A program made the translations under genes and the position numbers. A model generated the notes under the pieces. It saw only the letters and a program-made list of their open reading frames with translations, was not told the origin of the DNA and did not search any database. A stretch of DNA of 62,403 nt, counting the filler, from Chiloscyllium plagiosum (Eukaryota), in assembly GCF_004010195.1 (NCBI RefSeq). It is 3 parts of one record of this genome, joined end to end, with 100 filler letters (N's around TTAATTAATTAA, not from the genome) between each part and the next. Parts side by side here need not be neighbours in the genome. Positions count along the whole stretch, not along the records: positions 18,259 to 49,992 come from NC_057711.1; 2 more parts are not named here. One strand, written 5' to 3'. The stretch's first letter is position 1, and each line of letters opens with the position of its first letter. Positions 22,581 through 36,253 of the stretch are shown one piece after another.

Positions 22581-25450
22581 TTAAAATCACTTTCACTATA
22601 CCTGAACCCACCCCCCATGATTATGATATTATTTTTCTGTTTTACTCATTTCCCTAATTTGTTTGTTTTCTTCCTTTACCTCCTTCCGCTTCCAGAATGG
22701 GCTACCTCCTCTCTTATGATTTAATCTTAATTATATATTATCTTTATTCACATTCACTGCTACTGCTCTATTATATTTTCTCCCTTGCTATTTTTTCTAA
22801 AAGAAATGTTATAACTCTAAGTTTAATTCCCAGTTCAGATTTTTTCTGGAGTCATGTCTCAGTAATCCCTGCTATATCTGGTTCCTTGCAGTGTATTATT
22901 GTGTTCAATTCCCCTGGTTTATAATGGATGCACAGTGCATTGCTTTACAGTTGGCTTAACTTGTTTTTCATGGCGTTTCCTGTCATTTTATTTTTAACTA
23001 TCTTTTTATATACTTGCTCTGTAACTCTATTGCCCAGTCATTAATATTTTCCCTGAGCCTAGTTTGCCCTGTTCTGTATTTCCTTGGTTTGGTTATGTTT
23101 GGGCTTGTTTAATTTTTCATATATTTACAGATTTCTCCATATTCCTGCAATGATCTACTACCAAACTCCCCCAACCACACTCTCAACCTATTTTAATATA
23201 TTTAGGCATTTCAAATTTTGGTTTTATCCATTCTACTAGATCTTATTCTAGCTCAATTGATGTCCATCACATTAATCTAGTTCCTTCTTATCCCAGTACG
23301 ACTGATAATGTGCCATTATGATACCTTTTTCCCAGGCCATACCTTCAGCTATGCATTATTTTTTCTGATCTGGTTGTCGTTATGCAATTTGCATGTGACT
23401 CAAGAAATAGTCCAGATATTAACATCCTCAAATGCTTTGTGTATCTAACTCCTGACATGAAGTAGGCAGAACCTCCTCCCTATTCTTGCCTATGCCAGAC
23501 AGGGAAGAAGTCCTGATAAAAGAGCAACATTTCAATTTCTTTAGGAAAAGTGTGATATAAGATGGAATGTACTGAGCGTTTGAGATGGGTTATGCAAGGC
23601 TGCAATGAAGGAGATGGTGTGAAAGATATGAGAGAATGAAGTCAATATTTGAATAGGTTGAATGTTAAAAGGCACTAGTTCTTTGAACAGCCGGATAGAC
23701 AACAATCGTTTCCAGTTCTGCATTCTCCTTCATAATAATACATAATACATAACTATCAAGCACTTCCAAACTTTATTCAGTGATCATGATGTGCTAGCCA
23801 CTCTGATTGCACCGTAAGGACAGTTGATCTGCACAAAGAAGCAGCCAATGTTTGCGCAATTACCACAGGTAACTTATCAGAATTAAGCTGCAGTTACTGA
23901 GAAAACGTTATAATCCACTATTGGATTTTTAAGGAACCACTTCATTTGATGTCTCACACAGTTTATTTCAGACAAGAGGAAACTCATCAATCATTCAGAA
24001 GTCTCAACAGTGTCATATTGTTACTGAACTTGCATCCAAAATAAGGTTTTTACTGTATAATCTAAAGCAATATTTACTAAATTCAATTAGGAGCAATGGA
24101 CCAGCAGTGCAGAAGTCAGCTGGTGGGTTATGAAGATGCCTAAAATATTATTAGCTAAAATCATGCTGTGATTTTTGATATTTTGATGTTAGCCAGTGTT
24201 ATAGATAACTCAAAGAACATCGGGACATCAATTGCTCAGTCAACATGGTATCTCCAATGATTACGGTTATGTAAAAATGGAGATTAAAATGCTAATTGTA
24301 TTTTTCACAATTGTGCAAACACATTTGCACAATGCAACCTCTCTTAACAAATAAAATAATTTGAAAATTTCAATTCTGTGAAGAAAATAGTTTTTATAGT
24401 TTTAAGGGCTGCTATGGACCAACATTTATTACTAGAATGGTCAACAACAATTTTTATTTACTGATTTGTTTTATATGACACAATACAAATTGACTCTGTA
24501 AGAAGGTGCTTGCCTCATAACAAGTCTCAGCTTTTTAAAGTGAATGCAGTATATCTTACCAGAATCTGTGGCAGTGCAAAGTGAAGGAGTAAGATTAAAA
24601 TCATTGAACCAGGCAAATTTTATGAATAAGTACAAGGTCTGTGATATATTAACATGCTGGGAAGTTGAGGCAACAGTTCAGATTCACTTTTAGTGGAGCC
24701 CTTACAATATTAAAAGAAATTTCAGCCAAGAAAGCTTGTGAAAGTTTTGTTTCCATTGAGAAATCGAAAATCATTGAACCAGATCACCCCATTGGAAGAT
24801 GGTTATTGCAGCAGCGTAGATGGCAATTGTGCACTGAGATCATGTGGAAGTCCGGATGCAGCTGATTTTGCAGGAATTGCTTGGTAAGTTTCCAATTGGC
24901 AATTATCTTTTATCCAGAACCCTCCAAAAAAATCCTTAACTCTGTTAGAGTCAGAGCTATTGAATGGTTCCGACTCACTGCCCTGAATAGTTAGTCAGGA
25001 AAGTTAGTGAAATGAAAACCTGCTGTTACACTGAGCTAACTATAAAAGGGTCCAACACTCCAACCAGCCTACACCCACAGACTTCCCTTGACACGATATC
25101 CCCCCCTGCCAGCCCAACCCCCCCATGACTCCTCCAGGAACCTGATCAGTCCCAATCGGACCTGATCATTTTCAACAATTCCCCTACCACCCTGACAAAC
25201 CTGTACCCTGCCTGACATCCAACTTTCCATACTTGACACCCTCTCTGACTCCAAACCACCAACTCAGCTGCCCACACCCTGAGTACCCATCCTATTTTGT
25301 CTGTATCCAACATGCCACCTGACCTGAAGCCCTCACTCACCTACTTATTAACTTAACTGGCACTGAAATTTAATAGCCATTCTCAGCTCATGCAACTGAC
25401 ATCTGCACACCACCTCTTTCTTGGCACCTTACACCTCAACCCCCAACCTC

Positions 25451-26123
25451 GGAGAAAGTAAGGACTGCAGATGCTGGGGATCAGAGTCAAGAGTATGTTG
25501 CTGGGAATGCACAGCAAGTCAGGCAGCATCTGAGGAGCAGGAGAATCGACATTTTGGGTATAAGCCCTTCATCAGGAATGACGTGCATTGGGCGGGGGCT
25601 GAGAAATAAATGGGAGGAGTGTGGTGTTGGATAGCTGAGATAGCTGAGAAGGCTAAAGGTGAATAAAGGTGAGGGAAGAGGTGATAGGTCAGAGGGGAGA
25701 GTGATGGACAGGTCAGGAAGGTGATGCTGAGTTGGAGGCTTAGGACTGGGATAATGTTAGGGGGAGGGGAAATGAGGAAGCTGTTGAAATCTACATTTAT
25801 CCCTTGTGGTTGCAGTGTCCTAAGGCAGAATATGAAATGTCTTTCTCTAGGCATTGGATGGTAACAGTTTGGCGGTGGAGGAGGCCCAGGACCTGCATGT
25901 CCTTGACGGAGTAGGAAGGGGAGTTGAAGTGTTCAGCCATGGGGCGGTGAGGTTGGTGGGTGCGGGTGTCCCACAGATGTTCTCTGAAATGATCTGCAAG
26001 AAAGTGTCCTGTCTTCTCGATGTAGGGGAGACCACATTGGGTGCAATGGATGCAGTGGAAGGATACAATAAATGACATTGTAGGATGTGCAGGTAAAACT
26101 TTGATGGATGTGGAAGGATCCTT
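25451..26123 (-). mobile_element. Penelope-like element 3' portion (GIY-YIG endonuclease, 3' UTR with decayed hammerhead)
   Basis: CIHCTQCGLPYIEKTG..FREHL..AEHFNS..H(C)N; hammerhead remnant CTGATGAAGGGCTTATACCCAAAATGTC at ~25548-25575 (- strand). Confidence 0.88.
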
Positions 26124-26623
26124 NNNNNNNNNNNNNNNNNNNNNNNNNNNNNNNNNNNNNNNNNNNNNNNNNNNNNNNNNNNNNNNNNNNNNNNNNNNNN
26201 NNNNNNNNNNNNNNNNNNNNNNNNNNNNNNNNNNNNNNNNNNNNNNNNNNNNNNNNNNNNNNNNNNNNNNNNNNNNNNNNNNNNNNNNNNNNNNNNNNNN
26301 NNNNNNNNNNNNNNNNNNNNNNNNNNNNNNNNNNNNNNNNNNNNNNNNNNNNNNNNNNNNNNNNNNNNNNNNNNNNNNNNNNNNNNNNNNNNNNNNNNNN
26401 NNNNNNNNNNNNNNNNNNNNNNNNNNNNNNNNNNNNNNNNNNNNNNNNNNNNNNNNNNNNNNNNNNNNNNNNNNNNNNNNNNNNNNNNNNNNNNNNNNNN
26501 NNNNNNNNNNNNNNNNNNNNNNNNNNNNNNNNNNNNNNNNNNNNNNNNNNNNNNNNNNNNNNNNNNNNNNNNNNNNNNNNNNNNNNNNNNNNNNNNNNNN
26601 NNNNNNNNNNNNNNNNNNNNNNN
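26124..26623. other. Assembly gap (500 N)
   Basis: Run of exactly 500 N. Confidence 0.99.
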
Positions 26624-27095
26624 CCTACAATGTCATTTATTGTATCCATTGCTCCCGATGCGGTCTCCTCTACATTGGGGAGACTGGACGCCTCCTCGCA
26701 GAGCGCTTTAGGGAACATCTCTGGGACACCAGCACCAATCAATCCCACCGCCCCGTGGCCCAACATTTCAACTCCCTCTCCCACTCTGCCGAGGACATGC
26801 AGGTCCTGGGCCTCCTCCACTGGCGCTCCCTCACCACCCGACGCCTGGAGGAAGAACGCCTCACCTTCCGCCTCTGAACACTTCTACCCCAGGGGATCAA
26901 TGTGGACTTCACCAGTTTCCTCATTTCCCCTCCCCCACCTTACCCCAATTCCAACCTTCTAGCTCAGCACCATCCTCATCTCCCTTTCCCCTGCCTCCAA
27001 TTCTGATGAAGGGCTTTTGCCCGAAACGTCGACTATCCTGCTCCTCAGAAGCTGCCTGAGCTGCTGTGCTTTTCCAACACCACTCTAATCTAAAC
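26624..27095 (+). mobile_element. Penelope-like element 3' portion (GIY-YIG endonuclease plus 3' UTR)
   Basis: NVIYCIHCSRCGLLYIGETGRLLAERFREHL..VAQHFNS..H..EEERL (GIY-YIG with CxxC). Confidence 0.9.
27001..27032 (+). ncRNA. Minimal hammerhead ribozyme motif (PLE family A), intact core
   Basis: CTGATGA (27003-27009)-A-GGGC-TTTT-GCCC-GAA-ACGT-C, about 125 nt downstream of the GIY-YIG frame. GUC cleavage triplet. Confidence 0.75.
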
Positions 27096-27327
27096 GCCAA
27101 TCTCCCAGTCAATTGGCACTTATCTTCTCTCAATATCTGTCAAAGTGACTGAAGGCTCTTTAAATTACAGAATATAACACAATGCTGAAAAAGCTGATCT
27201 GGTTTCAACACTGATCCTCTCTGTTGTTGCCGTTGTTGATACCTGATGTTGTCCATTCTGCTTTGCCTGAGAAATTCATTGAGAATGTGTATTGTACATA
27301 TGTTGATCTGCGTCAGAAGTAGGAATC

Positions 27328-27563
27328 TGACCCAGGGGCTGGTGGCTATATGGAATGAGCTGCCAGAGGAAGTGGTGAAGACTGGTACAATAACAACATT
27401 TAAAAAGCATCTGGATGGGAACATGAATAGAAAGGGTTTAGAGGGATATGAGCCAAATGCTGGCAAATGGGACTAGATTAATTTAGGATATATGTTCGGC
27501 ATGGACGAGTTGGATGAAGGGTCTGTTTCCACGTTGTACATCTCTGTGACTCGATGACTCTAT
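27328..27563 (+). mobile_element. CR1 (HER1-like) 3' tail fragment
   Basis: WNELPEEVV..TITTFKKHLD; tail ..GACTCTATG. Confidence 0.85.
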
Positions 27564-27649
27564 GGTATGCCCCCTCAAAGAAAAAAAGCTGTACTACTAA
27601 ACCTGGTGTCTCTCGACAATTGCAAGGTACACAGAATAATCGAAAGCAG

Positions 27650-29050
27650 AAAATTATAGTTTACAATAATCTGAAAAAGAGTAATACATCATGAATCCTA
27701 TAAGACTACAGGGTGAAGTGAAACAGGAAATTAGGAAAGCAAAAGAGGATATGAAATAACATTTGTCTTTATTTTGTCAGTATATTAAGGACAAGAGGAT
27801 GATGAAGGAAAACTTTGATCCTATCAGAGATGTACTTCATAACTTGTAGATCAGAAGATGTTGGCATGGTTCTTAATGAGCATTTTATTTCTGCCTTCAC
27901 ATAGGAGAGTGACAACACAGCTATCTTGGTTAAAAAATAATAGTTAAACAAACTAAAAAGGGAAGGATTTAAGGAAGGACTGACCCCATTCAAAGTGGAT
28001 AAATCACCATTGCCTGATGAATTGTATCTTAAACTGTTAATGGAAGTCAGAGAGGAAATGATGGATGCTTTGAGATATTTTTCTAACCCTCACTCAATAT
28101 AGGAGAGACACCAGAGGGCTGATGGTCTGCAATCTTTGTCCCATAATCCCCATGAGAGATAGGTCAAGTAGTTATAGACAGATATAATGAGAGACAGGAT
28201 TCATGGCTACTTGGAGAGGCATGGATTAATTAGAGATAGTCAGCATGATTTTTTAAGAGGTGATCATGTCTGACTAAATTAATTTAATTTTTTTGAGGAA
28301 ATAACATGGAAGCTTGATAAGTATAGTGCAGTTGATGTTTTCTACACGGGTTATGATTAGCCATTTGGCAATGTCTCACATGACAATTTTGAGAAAAATT
28401 AAAATCTATGGAATGCAGGTGAATATAGCAAATCGGATCTAAAATTAGCTCAGTGAAAGGAAATAAAGGGTTGGCAAATGTTATCGTGAATGGAAAGTGA
28501 CCTTCTACAGGGCTCAGTTACTTTGTTCTTTTATATTTGTCGTACACAATAATGAACAGTTCTGGACATCGCATTACAGAAAAGACTGTAAAGGGCTTGA
28601 AAATTGTAGGTACGAGGAAAGGTTGGATGAAGTGAGGGCTGTTTTCCTTAGAACAGAAGAGGTTGAAGGGTGGTGAAATCAAGGTGCGCATAATAATAAG
28701 ACGCTCAGATGGAGTGGGCAGGGAGGACTTGTTTTTCCCAGCAGAGAGGTCAGTTGCCAGGGGACATAGATTTAAGGCAATTGGCATAAAAATTACATGG
28801 GTCATGAAGAAAATCTTTTTCACTCAGAGAGCCATTGGTGTTTGGAATTTGCCACCCAGTTTTGTATTTGAGACAGAAACTTTCAACTCATTGAAAAAGA
28901 ACCTTGATCTACATCTGAAGGTAGCAAGGCCAAGTACTGGCTGCTGCTAAGTAGGATTAGAATAGGTGGCTAGTTTATTAAGCTAGCACAGGCATGAAGT
29001 TCTGATTGGTCTCTTCCTGTGCTGTAACTTTTCTTTGGCTCTACGGTTCT
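27650..29050 (+). mobile_element. Highly degenerate CR1 ORF2 fragment
   Basis: Remnants of DKSP.PD..Y, SQH.F..G.SCLT, RGHRFK..FFTQRAIGVWNL. Confidence 0.7.
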
Positions 29051-29197
29051 ACAATACCTCATAAAAGGCTGGTTAATAAAATTAAAGACGGCATTTTGAC
29101 TCTTCCCACTGAGACTGTTTCAGCGCTGAGGCTGGTGAGAGTGGTATGCGTGGTTTGGGTGGATCAAATAAAGAAGGAAGATTGTCCGGTCTCACCT

Positions 29198-29345
29198 TGA
29201 GTTCCAAAAGAAACGTTACTGGACTCAAAACATTAACTCTGTTCTCTCTTCACAGTTGCTGCCAGATCTGCTGAATTTCTCCAAACATTTCTGATTTTGT
29301 TTGTTTTAGTTGGCCAACATCTGCAGTTTTTTGCTTTATTTGTTT
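29198..29345 (+). mobile_element. PLE 3'-end fragment (family C, decayed hammerhead)
   Basis: GAGTT…GGACTCAAAACATTAACTC…GCTGCCAGATCTGCTGAATTTCTCCA, similar to 11640-11755 and 45808-45910. Confidence 0.55.
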
Positions 29346-29769
29346 TCTGATACAACATGCACTGCATTTCAATTTTACTCTCACTTGAGTAAGGTAATTT
29401 AGAAAATTTCACAAGCTACAGTTTGTCACAACAGTAAATATGAGCATCGGAAAATAACCATTTCTGAAGCAATAAAGTGAACATTCAAACAAGTGATTAA
29501 ATGACAGGACCATTAAAAAGTGCCAAGTAGCACATAAATAATAATAAGTAATATTATTTTTGCATTCAAAAAGCAGAGCTGAGGAGAGATTCGACAAAAT
29601 CCTGACAAATCTAACCATAGTTCCAAGAAAGGAAAAGGCAGTAAAGATTGGGACCAAGTTAAGGTTTTGTGTTCAATTAAAACTAACTTTTGTGAATCTC
29701 TGGTGGGGCATACTCCAAGCTAACCTCAGTGAAATTCATAACAAAATGGGTGTGCATTTGATTCTGTTG

Positions 29770-29960
29770 AACTCACTCACTACCCATCGTGCACTCACTT
29801 CTCCAGCCAACCCCATTCACTCACTCCATTCCCTCGCGCAATCACTCACTTATTCACCTATCCACCAATCCCTCAGTCACTCATTCACCCACCCAGCCAC
29901 AATTCCATTTCACTCACTCACCCACAACCCAGTCACTCATCCATCCCACAAACCCCTTCC
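29770..29960. repeat. Imperfect (CACT/CATT/CACC)n tetranucleotide repeat
   Basis: Visible ACTCACTCAC/CCATTCAC/TCACTCA runs. Confidence 0.7.
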
Positions 29961-32120
29961 CCAAAGGCTTTCCCGATTGCGAATCCTCCCTTCCTGAAGG
30001 CCTGCCCAACTCTATAACTGGCCGATCTTCCTTCCCACACTCTGATCCACTGCTTACCTAATGGTATGCCCAACTCACTTTCCCAAGTTTTCCCAATCTT
30101 CATTCTACCCTTTATCCTGATGGCTGCCGGACTCTCATTTGACCTCCAATCCCATCAGTTTGGCTCTCTTCGTCTCAAGCCAGCATCTAACTGACATTCT
30201 TCCTTTTCCTGTCCTATAGACTGCAGGTACAGGTCTCAGGCTGCATTACACTGCTCACGTTGCAATTTGCATTCATCCATCAAACATGTCGAGTTTCTCT
30301 TTCAACTCTCATAAGTGAACCAATCAGCAACAAACATTGGAGAAAACTGGCCTTGACTGTTGGAGCAGTTCCTTACAAAATCTTCCAGGTACATTTCCCT
30401 GGATTGTCAAGGCCTTTGACAAGGTGTAGAAGAGATTTACAGAATGTTTCTAAGGATTTTAGTTTTAGCTGCAATGATGGGTTGGAAAGCTGAGATTAAT
30501 CCTCTTGGAGCAAAGGAGATTGACTGGAGATTTGAAAGTGGAGAATAAAATTAAATCAGTCTTAGCCTGTAGGGGCAGCAACAGTGCTTTCAGAGAGTGA
30601 GTTCCAGGTTTTTGACATAGCAACAATGAAGGGACAGTGATATAACCTAAAGTACACAAGGTAAATCTCTTCCAATTAGCTGGTGGTAGAAGAACTAGAG
30701 GACACATATTTAAGATTTTTGAGCATGAGTAATAGGGGGAATGTGAGGGAGATCTCTTCCTTTACAGCGATTTGCTAGAGACCTAAAACCTGCTATTCAT
30801 GCAAGTGGAGGAAGTGGACAAAAAACATGGATAGCAAGGGGTGTTGAGACTGGATGCTCTGTGGAACAGCTGCATGGATACAATAGCCTAGATGCCCTCC
30901 TTCTGTTCCATAAATGAGTCTAAAAGCAATAATGTATTCTGCTGTTGGGTTAGTCCTTTCAAGGCAATGGCCTAGATTGTGCTGTCTTAATGATGTCAAA
31001 ATTGACAGCCTTCTCTTCACTGCTCCTCTGAAACTGTTTTTGGAGTCTACAAATTCAGAACTTGCTATCAGAGATTCAACATTTCCCCATAGGATGCACT
31101 GTTGAAATCCTTTCCGGCTGAAATCAAGTAAAAATCATTGAACCGATGAGAACTTGTCTTTTATGCTATTACTCTTGCCAGTCTCCTCTTGAATGAGGTA
31201 TAACTGGGCTTATAATGGTGTACTAAATTCATAATTACTATTGAACTGTGTCACTAGTCTGAAAGATTATTTTCATGTTCGTTGAATATCAATTTGTTCC
31301 AATGATAAAAAAGTCTCTAAAATAACATTTCTCAGACATTTATTAATGGTATTTAAGCTTCTCCTTTAATATTACACGTTGGATCCAATCATTTATTTTG
31401 CTCTCTGTGAAATATCAATTGGAAATGACAAATGCAGTGCATTTCTCTTTCTACTTTGGTTGTAGGAGATTACTTCAATGTGATTAACTTCTTTCTCTGC
31501 TTCCTGTCATTACTATGGTTGGATTCCTGGAGAGCTTTTTACTTAGAGCCAGATTCAAACTGATTCAACCTGAGCCAATTTCAAAGCCTTCAAAGTGCCG
31601 ACCTCCACAATAACCCTTTGAACTTTGACTTACTTCTATTTCTACAAGGTTCTTTCCCCTCATTCCCCTGAACATTTGGCAAGAGTGGTCTGATCTCTCT
31701 TGACTATGTGTATGTGGTTGTCGAGTCTGGTGCTATTGGGTTGATTGGTTAGGTTGTGACAGAGGGTTGGGTGGATGTAGATTCTAGGGTGTGGTCAACA
31801 TTGAGGAGGAGGTTCAATTTAATCATTACCAATAAACTAGAGTTTAATTCTCTAAAGGATTTCCAAACTCAAGGGAATTGTCCATTGGAATCTTCAATCT
31901 CCCAGGCAATTTCCTTGGACTCAGTTCCTTTGGAAGTTCAATACAGTCCAGACATGTAACTCCAGTCTGCACTTCATTCTGACCATTTGGCCAACAGAAT
32001 ATTTGGGCCAAGGAAGATTTACATTATCCTCGTTAATTTCTGAAGCAAGAATGTGCTGAACCACTTCAATCAAAATTTCAAACATTATTCAGAATGTTTC
32101 AGACAGGTGTCATTGACTTG

Positions 32121-32628
32121 GAAGATTTTGTGAAACTTGAAAGGGTTCAGAAAAGACTTGCAAGGATGTTGCCAGGGTTGGAGGAATTGAGCTATAGGGA
32201 GAGGTTGAATAGACTGGGGCTGTTTTCGCTGGAACGTCGGAGGCTGAGGGGTGACCTTATAGAGGTTTATAAAATCGTAAGGGGCATGGATAGGGTAAAT
32301 AGACAAAGTCTTTTCCCTAGGATAGGGGAATCCAGAACTAGACAGCATAGGTTTAGGGTGAGAGGGTAAAGATATAAAAGAGACCTAAGGGGCAACGTTT
32401 TCATGCAGAGGGTGGTACGTGTATGGAATGAGCTGCCAGAGGAAGTGGTGGAGGCTAGTACAATTACAACATTTAAAAGGCATCTGGATGGGTATATGAA
32501 CAGGAAGGGTTTGGAAGGAAATGGGTTGGGTGCTGGTAGGTGGGACTAGATTGTGTTGGGATATCTGTTCAGCATGGACAAGTTGGACCGAAGGGTCTGT
32601 TTCCATGCTGTACATCTCTATGACTCTT
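32121..32628 (+). mobile_element. CR1 (HER1-like) 3' fragment
   Basis: KLERVQKRLARMLPGLEELSYRERLNRLGLFSLERRRLRGDLIEVYKI; tail CTCTATGACTCT. Confidence 0.93.
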
Positions 32629-34619
32629 ATTTTCCCTACACTTTACATTTAAAATGGTGTGATTTTCATGTAATGAAGCACATAGTGTAGGGTTTAGCAT
32701 ACAAGCATAATTAGAAAATTGTCTGGCTGAGAGAAAACAGAGAGCATACAGAAATGGGACTTATTTTTCAAGACAGGATTGGGCTAATGGCGTAAGTGAT
32801 ACCATGAATTTCAGAATGTCTGGAATATTCCAGGACTGCTGAGTTGTTCCAGGAAATGTTGTTAGACTGAATGTGGAATTTAATGTGAAGGATTCCGTAG
32901 GAGCATAGTAGGGACATAGTGAGGCAAGTTTAGGATGGGAGAATTTGTAGTTCTCATGGCAATAAACCCTCCAAAAAAGTCACCACAGCTTGGTTAAGCA
33001 AAAATAAATATGATTCAGCCTGAAGATTTTATTTATCTCAGAGACTGGTATTTATTTGGAACTCTCTGCTTCAGAAGGTGTTGGGGATATCATTATTTAC
33101 TGTTTTTAGACCATAAGAGAAAGGAGAGCCAGTGGACGTGATCTATTTGGATTTCCAGAAAGCATTTGACAAGTTGCCACACAAGGAGGATACTAAATAA
33201 GATAAAAGCTTCTTCTACCCTCTCATTTATTTTCTGCCGCACACCTGCCTACTGCCGGGGTTGTGCACATAGTTCATATCAAGGTCGGTTTTTCCTTTGC
33301 AATTCCTCGATTAGATTCATGCAGATTCAATGCCTTTTGATCTTATATCACTTCTTGTTATTGATTTAATTTCATTTCTTACCAACAATGCAACCCTGCC
33401 CCTCTGCCCATCTGTCTGTCCTTTTGACAGACGTGTATCCTTGGATATTTAGTTTATAGGAGACAGATGAGGCAGAAACTTGTTTGCTACATGAGGGAAT
33501 TATGAGTCATTAGTAGTAGATTTTAATGTGGAATTTGAAACACAAGCTGGTCAATCATATTCATTGACTGGCACAACAGATTCGAGGTGCTGAATGGTTT
33601 ACTTCAGCTCATATTGTCATGTTTGTATGTCCTTGTCAAATATACTTTTTTGGCCTGATGTGATAGACATTTGTAATACATGCTATATTTTTGGATTTAG
33701 ATTTCAATATAGAGGCAGAAAGCTTTGGCCAGTTCTTTAAAAGTATTTTCAAATGGTCAGAAAATCAATTTAGAACAGTGACCTAAATCTATCAGTTCCA
33801 AGAAAGCAATAGTGGCTAGGAGAACTGATAAGGCGTTAACGGATGGAATATTGCATTTATGACAGGTAAAATAAACAGAATAAGGCAATTAGTTTGAATT
33901 CAGAACAGAAGGCTAAAAGTTTTACCTCCAAAGATTTCAGAGTTCAGTTCAGAAGAGAATTTTTTTTTCTCAAGAAAGGAGATCAGAGTTTTCAGTTCAG
34001 TTCAAGAAAACCATTCATCTCAGCGAAGTAGTTTATCATGTTTAACAATTGTAAGTCAAGAGACTTTGGATGAAAGTCTTCAAATTGCTAAAATTGAGAA
34101 AATTTAGCTCATCAGAGTTGTGAGAGGTTCATGACATCAAATTCGGAAAGGAACCTTTTAAAAAGATCTCAACTGTCGAAGGAAAATAAACCGGAACGCA
34201 TCCATTAAGTATAAGTTTGAAAACCTGAGATAGCAACAATATTTTTATGGAGTTGAGTCTCAAAATCAGATGGATTTGGGAAATAGATTGAGACTTTGTT
34301 TAGAGCATTTGAACATTTTCTATGTACATTTAAATAAATAATATTGTCTGTTTAATTAGCCTATGTATAACCATATATTTTATTGATAAAGAACATCTGC
34401 AGCCTTGTATGAAAATGCTTCAGGAACAAATAACCATGCTAACCACCTGGAAAATTAAACATATGACATATCAAGCCAAGTTTCATTCTGGGATCTTATT
34501 TGTCAAGTTTTAACATCAGCTGGGATAAAAAAAGACAGTGTTAAGCTCAATACCTTTCAGAGGAAAAGTGACCTCTCCGTCCTTGTTGTCTTCACTGTTT
34601 CAATTGACATAACCTCAAA

Positions 34620-36253
34620 AACCCAGATCGTCTCAATGCCTTCTATGCTCGCTTTGAGCAGAATTTCGGCGCAGAGGTAACACCTATTCCGACAAGTCCT
34701 GATGAACCAATCCCAACAGTCACTGCATCAGAGGTCAGATCAGCTTTCCCTTTGTGTGAATCCAAAGAAAGCGATAGGACCAGACAGTGTACCAGGCCGT
34801 GAACACAGAACATGTGCAGATCAACTGGCAGAGGTCTTCTCGGACATCTTCAACCTCTCTTTGCAGCAGGCCACTGTCCCTGTCTGTTTCAAGAGGGCCA
34901 GCATCATCCCAGTACCTAAGAAGGCTCATGCAGCATGTCTTAATGACTACCGCCCAGTGCTCCTAACTTCGGTGGTCATGAAGTGCTTTGAAAGGCTGGC
35001 CATGGCATTAATCAACTCCAGCCTCCCCACTACACTTGACCCACTTCAGTTTGTTTACTGGACCAACAGATCCACGTCAGATGCCATATCATTTGCCCTT
35101 CACTCCTCTATAGAACATCTTGACACCAAGAACAGCTACGTAAGAATCCTACTCATTGACTACAGTTCAGCATTCAGCACTATTATGCCCTCGAGACTGA
35201 TTACTAAACTTCGTGATCTCAGACTAAGTCCCACTCTCTGCAACTGGATCCTGAGTTTCCTGACCCATAGGCCACAATCAGTGAAGACTGGGGACAATAT
35301 TTCATCATCATTAACACTCAACACTGGAGCCCTGAAGGGGTATGTACTCAACCCCCTATTGTACTCATTTTGTACCATGACTACGTTGCCAAATACCAGA
35401 CTGATGCCATTTACAAGTTCGCTGATGACACCACCACATTCGGTCAAATCTCAGCTGACGAAGAAACAGCGGGAGGTGGAAGACCTGGAAAAATGGTGCA
35501 CTGAAAACAACCTAGCTCTCAATGCCGGCAAAGCCGACTTTCAATGGGATGCTATTCATGATTTCCCCACCCCCTCATCTTAACAGCATAGAGGTGGAAT
35601 GAATGGAGAGTGTCAAGCTCCTGGGAGTGGTCATCAACAACAAGCTTTCTTGGACTGTTCATGTGGACGCACTGGTTACAAAGGCCCAACAACGTCTCTT
35701 CTTCCTCAGGCAGCTGAGGAAATTGGGCATGATAGCGAATATCCTTGCCAACTTTTATAGGTATGCCATCAAGAACATTCTGTTTGGATGTATCACTGCC
35801 TGCTATAGCAATTGTACCATTCAAGATCAGAGACAAATACAGAGAGTGGTGTACTCAGCCCAGACAATCACAAAGGCCGACCTCCCATCTATGGAGTCCA
35901 TTTTCCAGGCCCTCTGTCAAGGAAAGGCCGCCAGCATTCTCAAAGATCCATCCCACCCCGTCAATGTTTTTCTGCAACCTCTACCATCAAAGAGAAGGTA
36001 CAAAAGCCTGAACACACACACACCAGCTGGATTTGAAACTGTTTCTACCCTACTGTTGTTAGAATACTGAATGAACTCACAAACTCTTAACATTTGCCTG
36101 TACCTGTGTTTTTGTTTTTGCCGCTGTTTACCTATTATTTATTTATCTATGCTACTTAACTATGTGATCTGCTTCTATTGCTCGCAAGATAAAGCTTTTC
36201 ACTGTGCCTCAGTACATGTGACAATAAATTTAATTTAATTCAATTCAATTCAA
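34620..36253 (+). mobile_element. Rex1/Babar-clade LINE, 5'-truncated (RT plus 3' end), frameshifted
   Basis: [78 protein letters not shown] followed by an (AATTC)n tail. Confidence 0.9.

Noticed and set aside
24665..24885. ORF followed by a GTAAGT donor, considered as the missing adgrv1 exon
   Set aside because: No Calx-beta similarity, and an in-frame stop precedes the donor.
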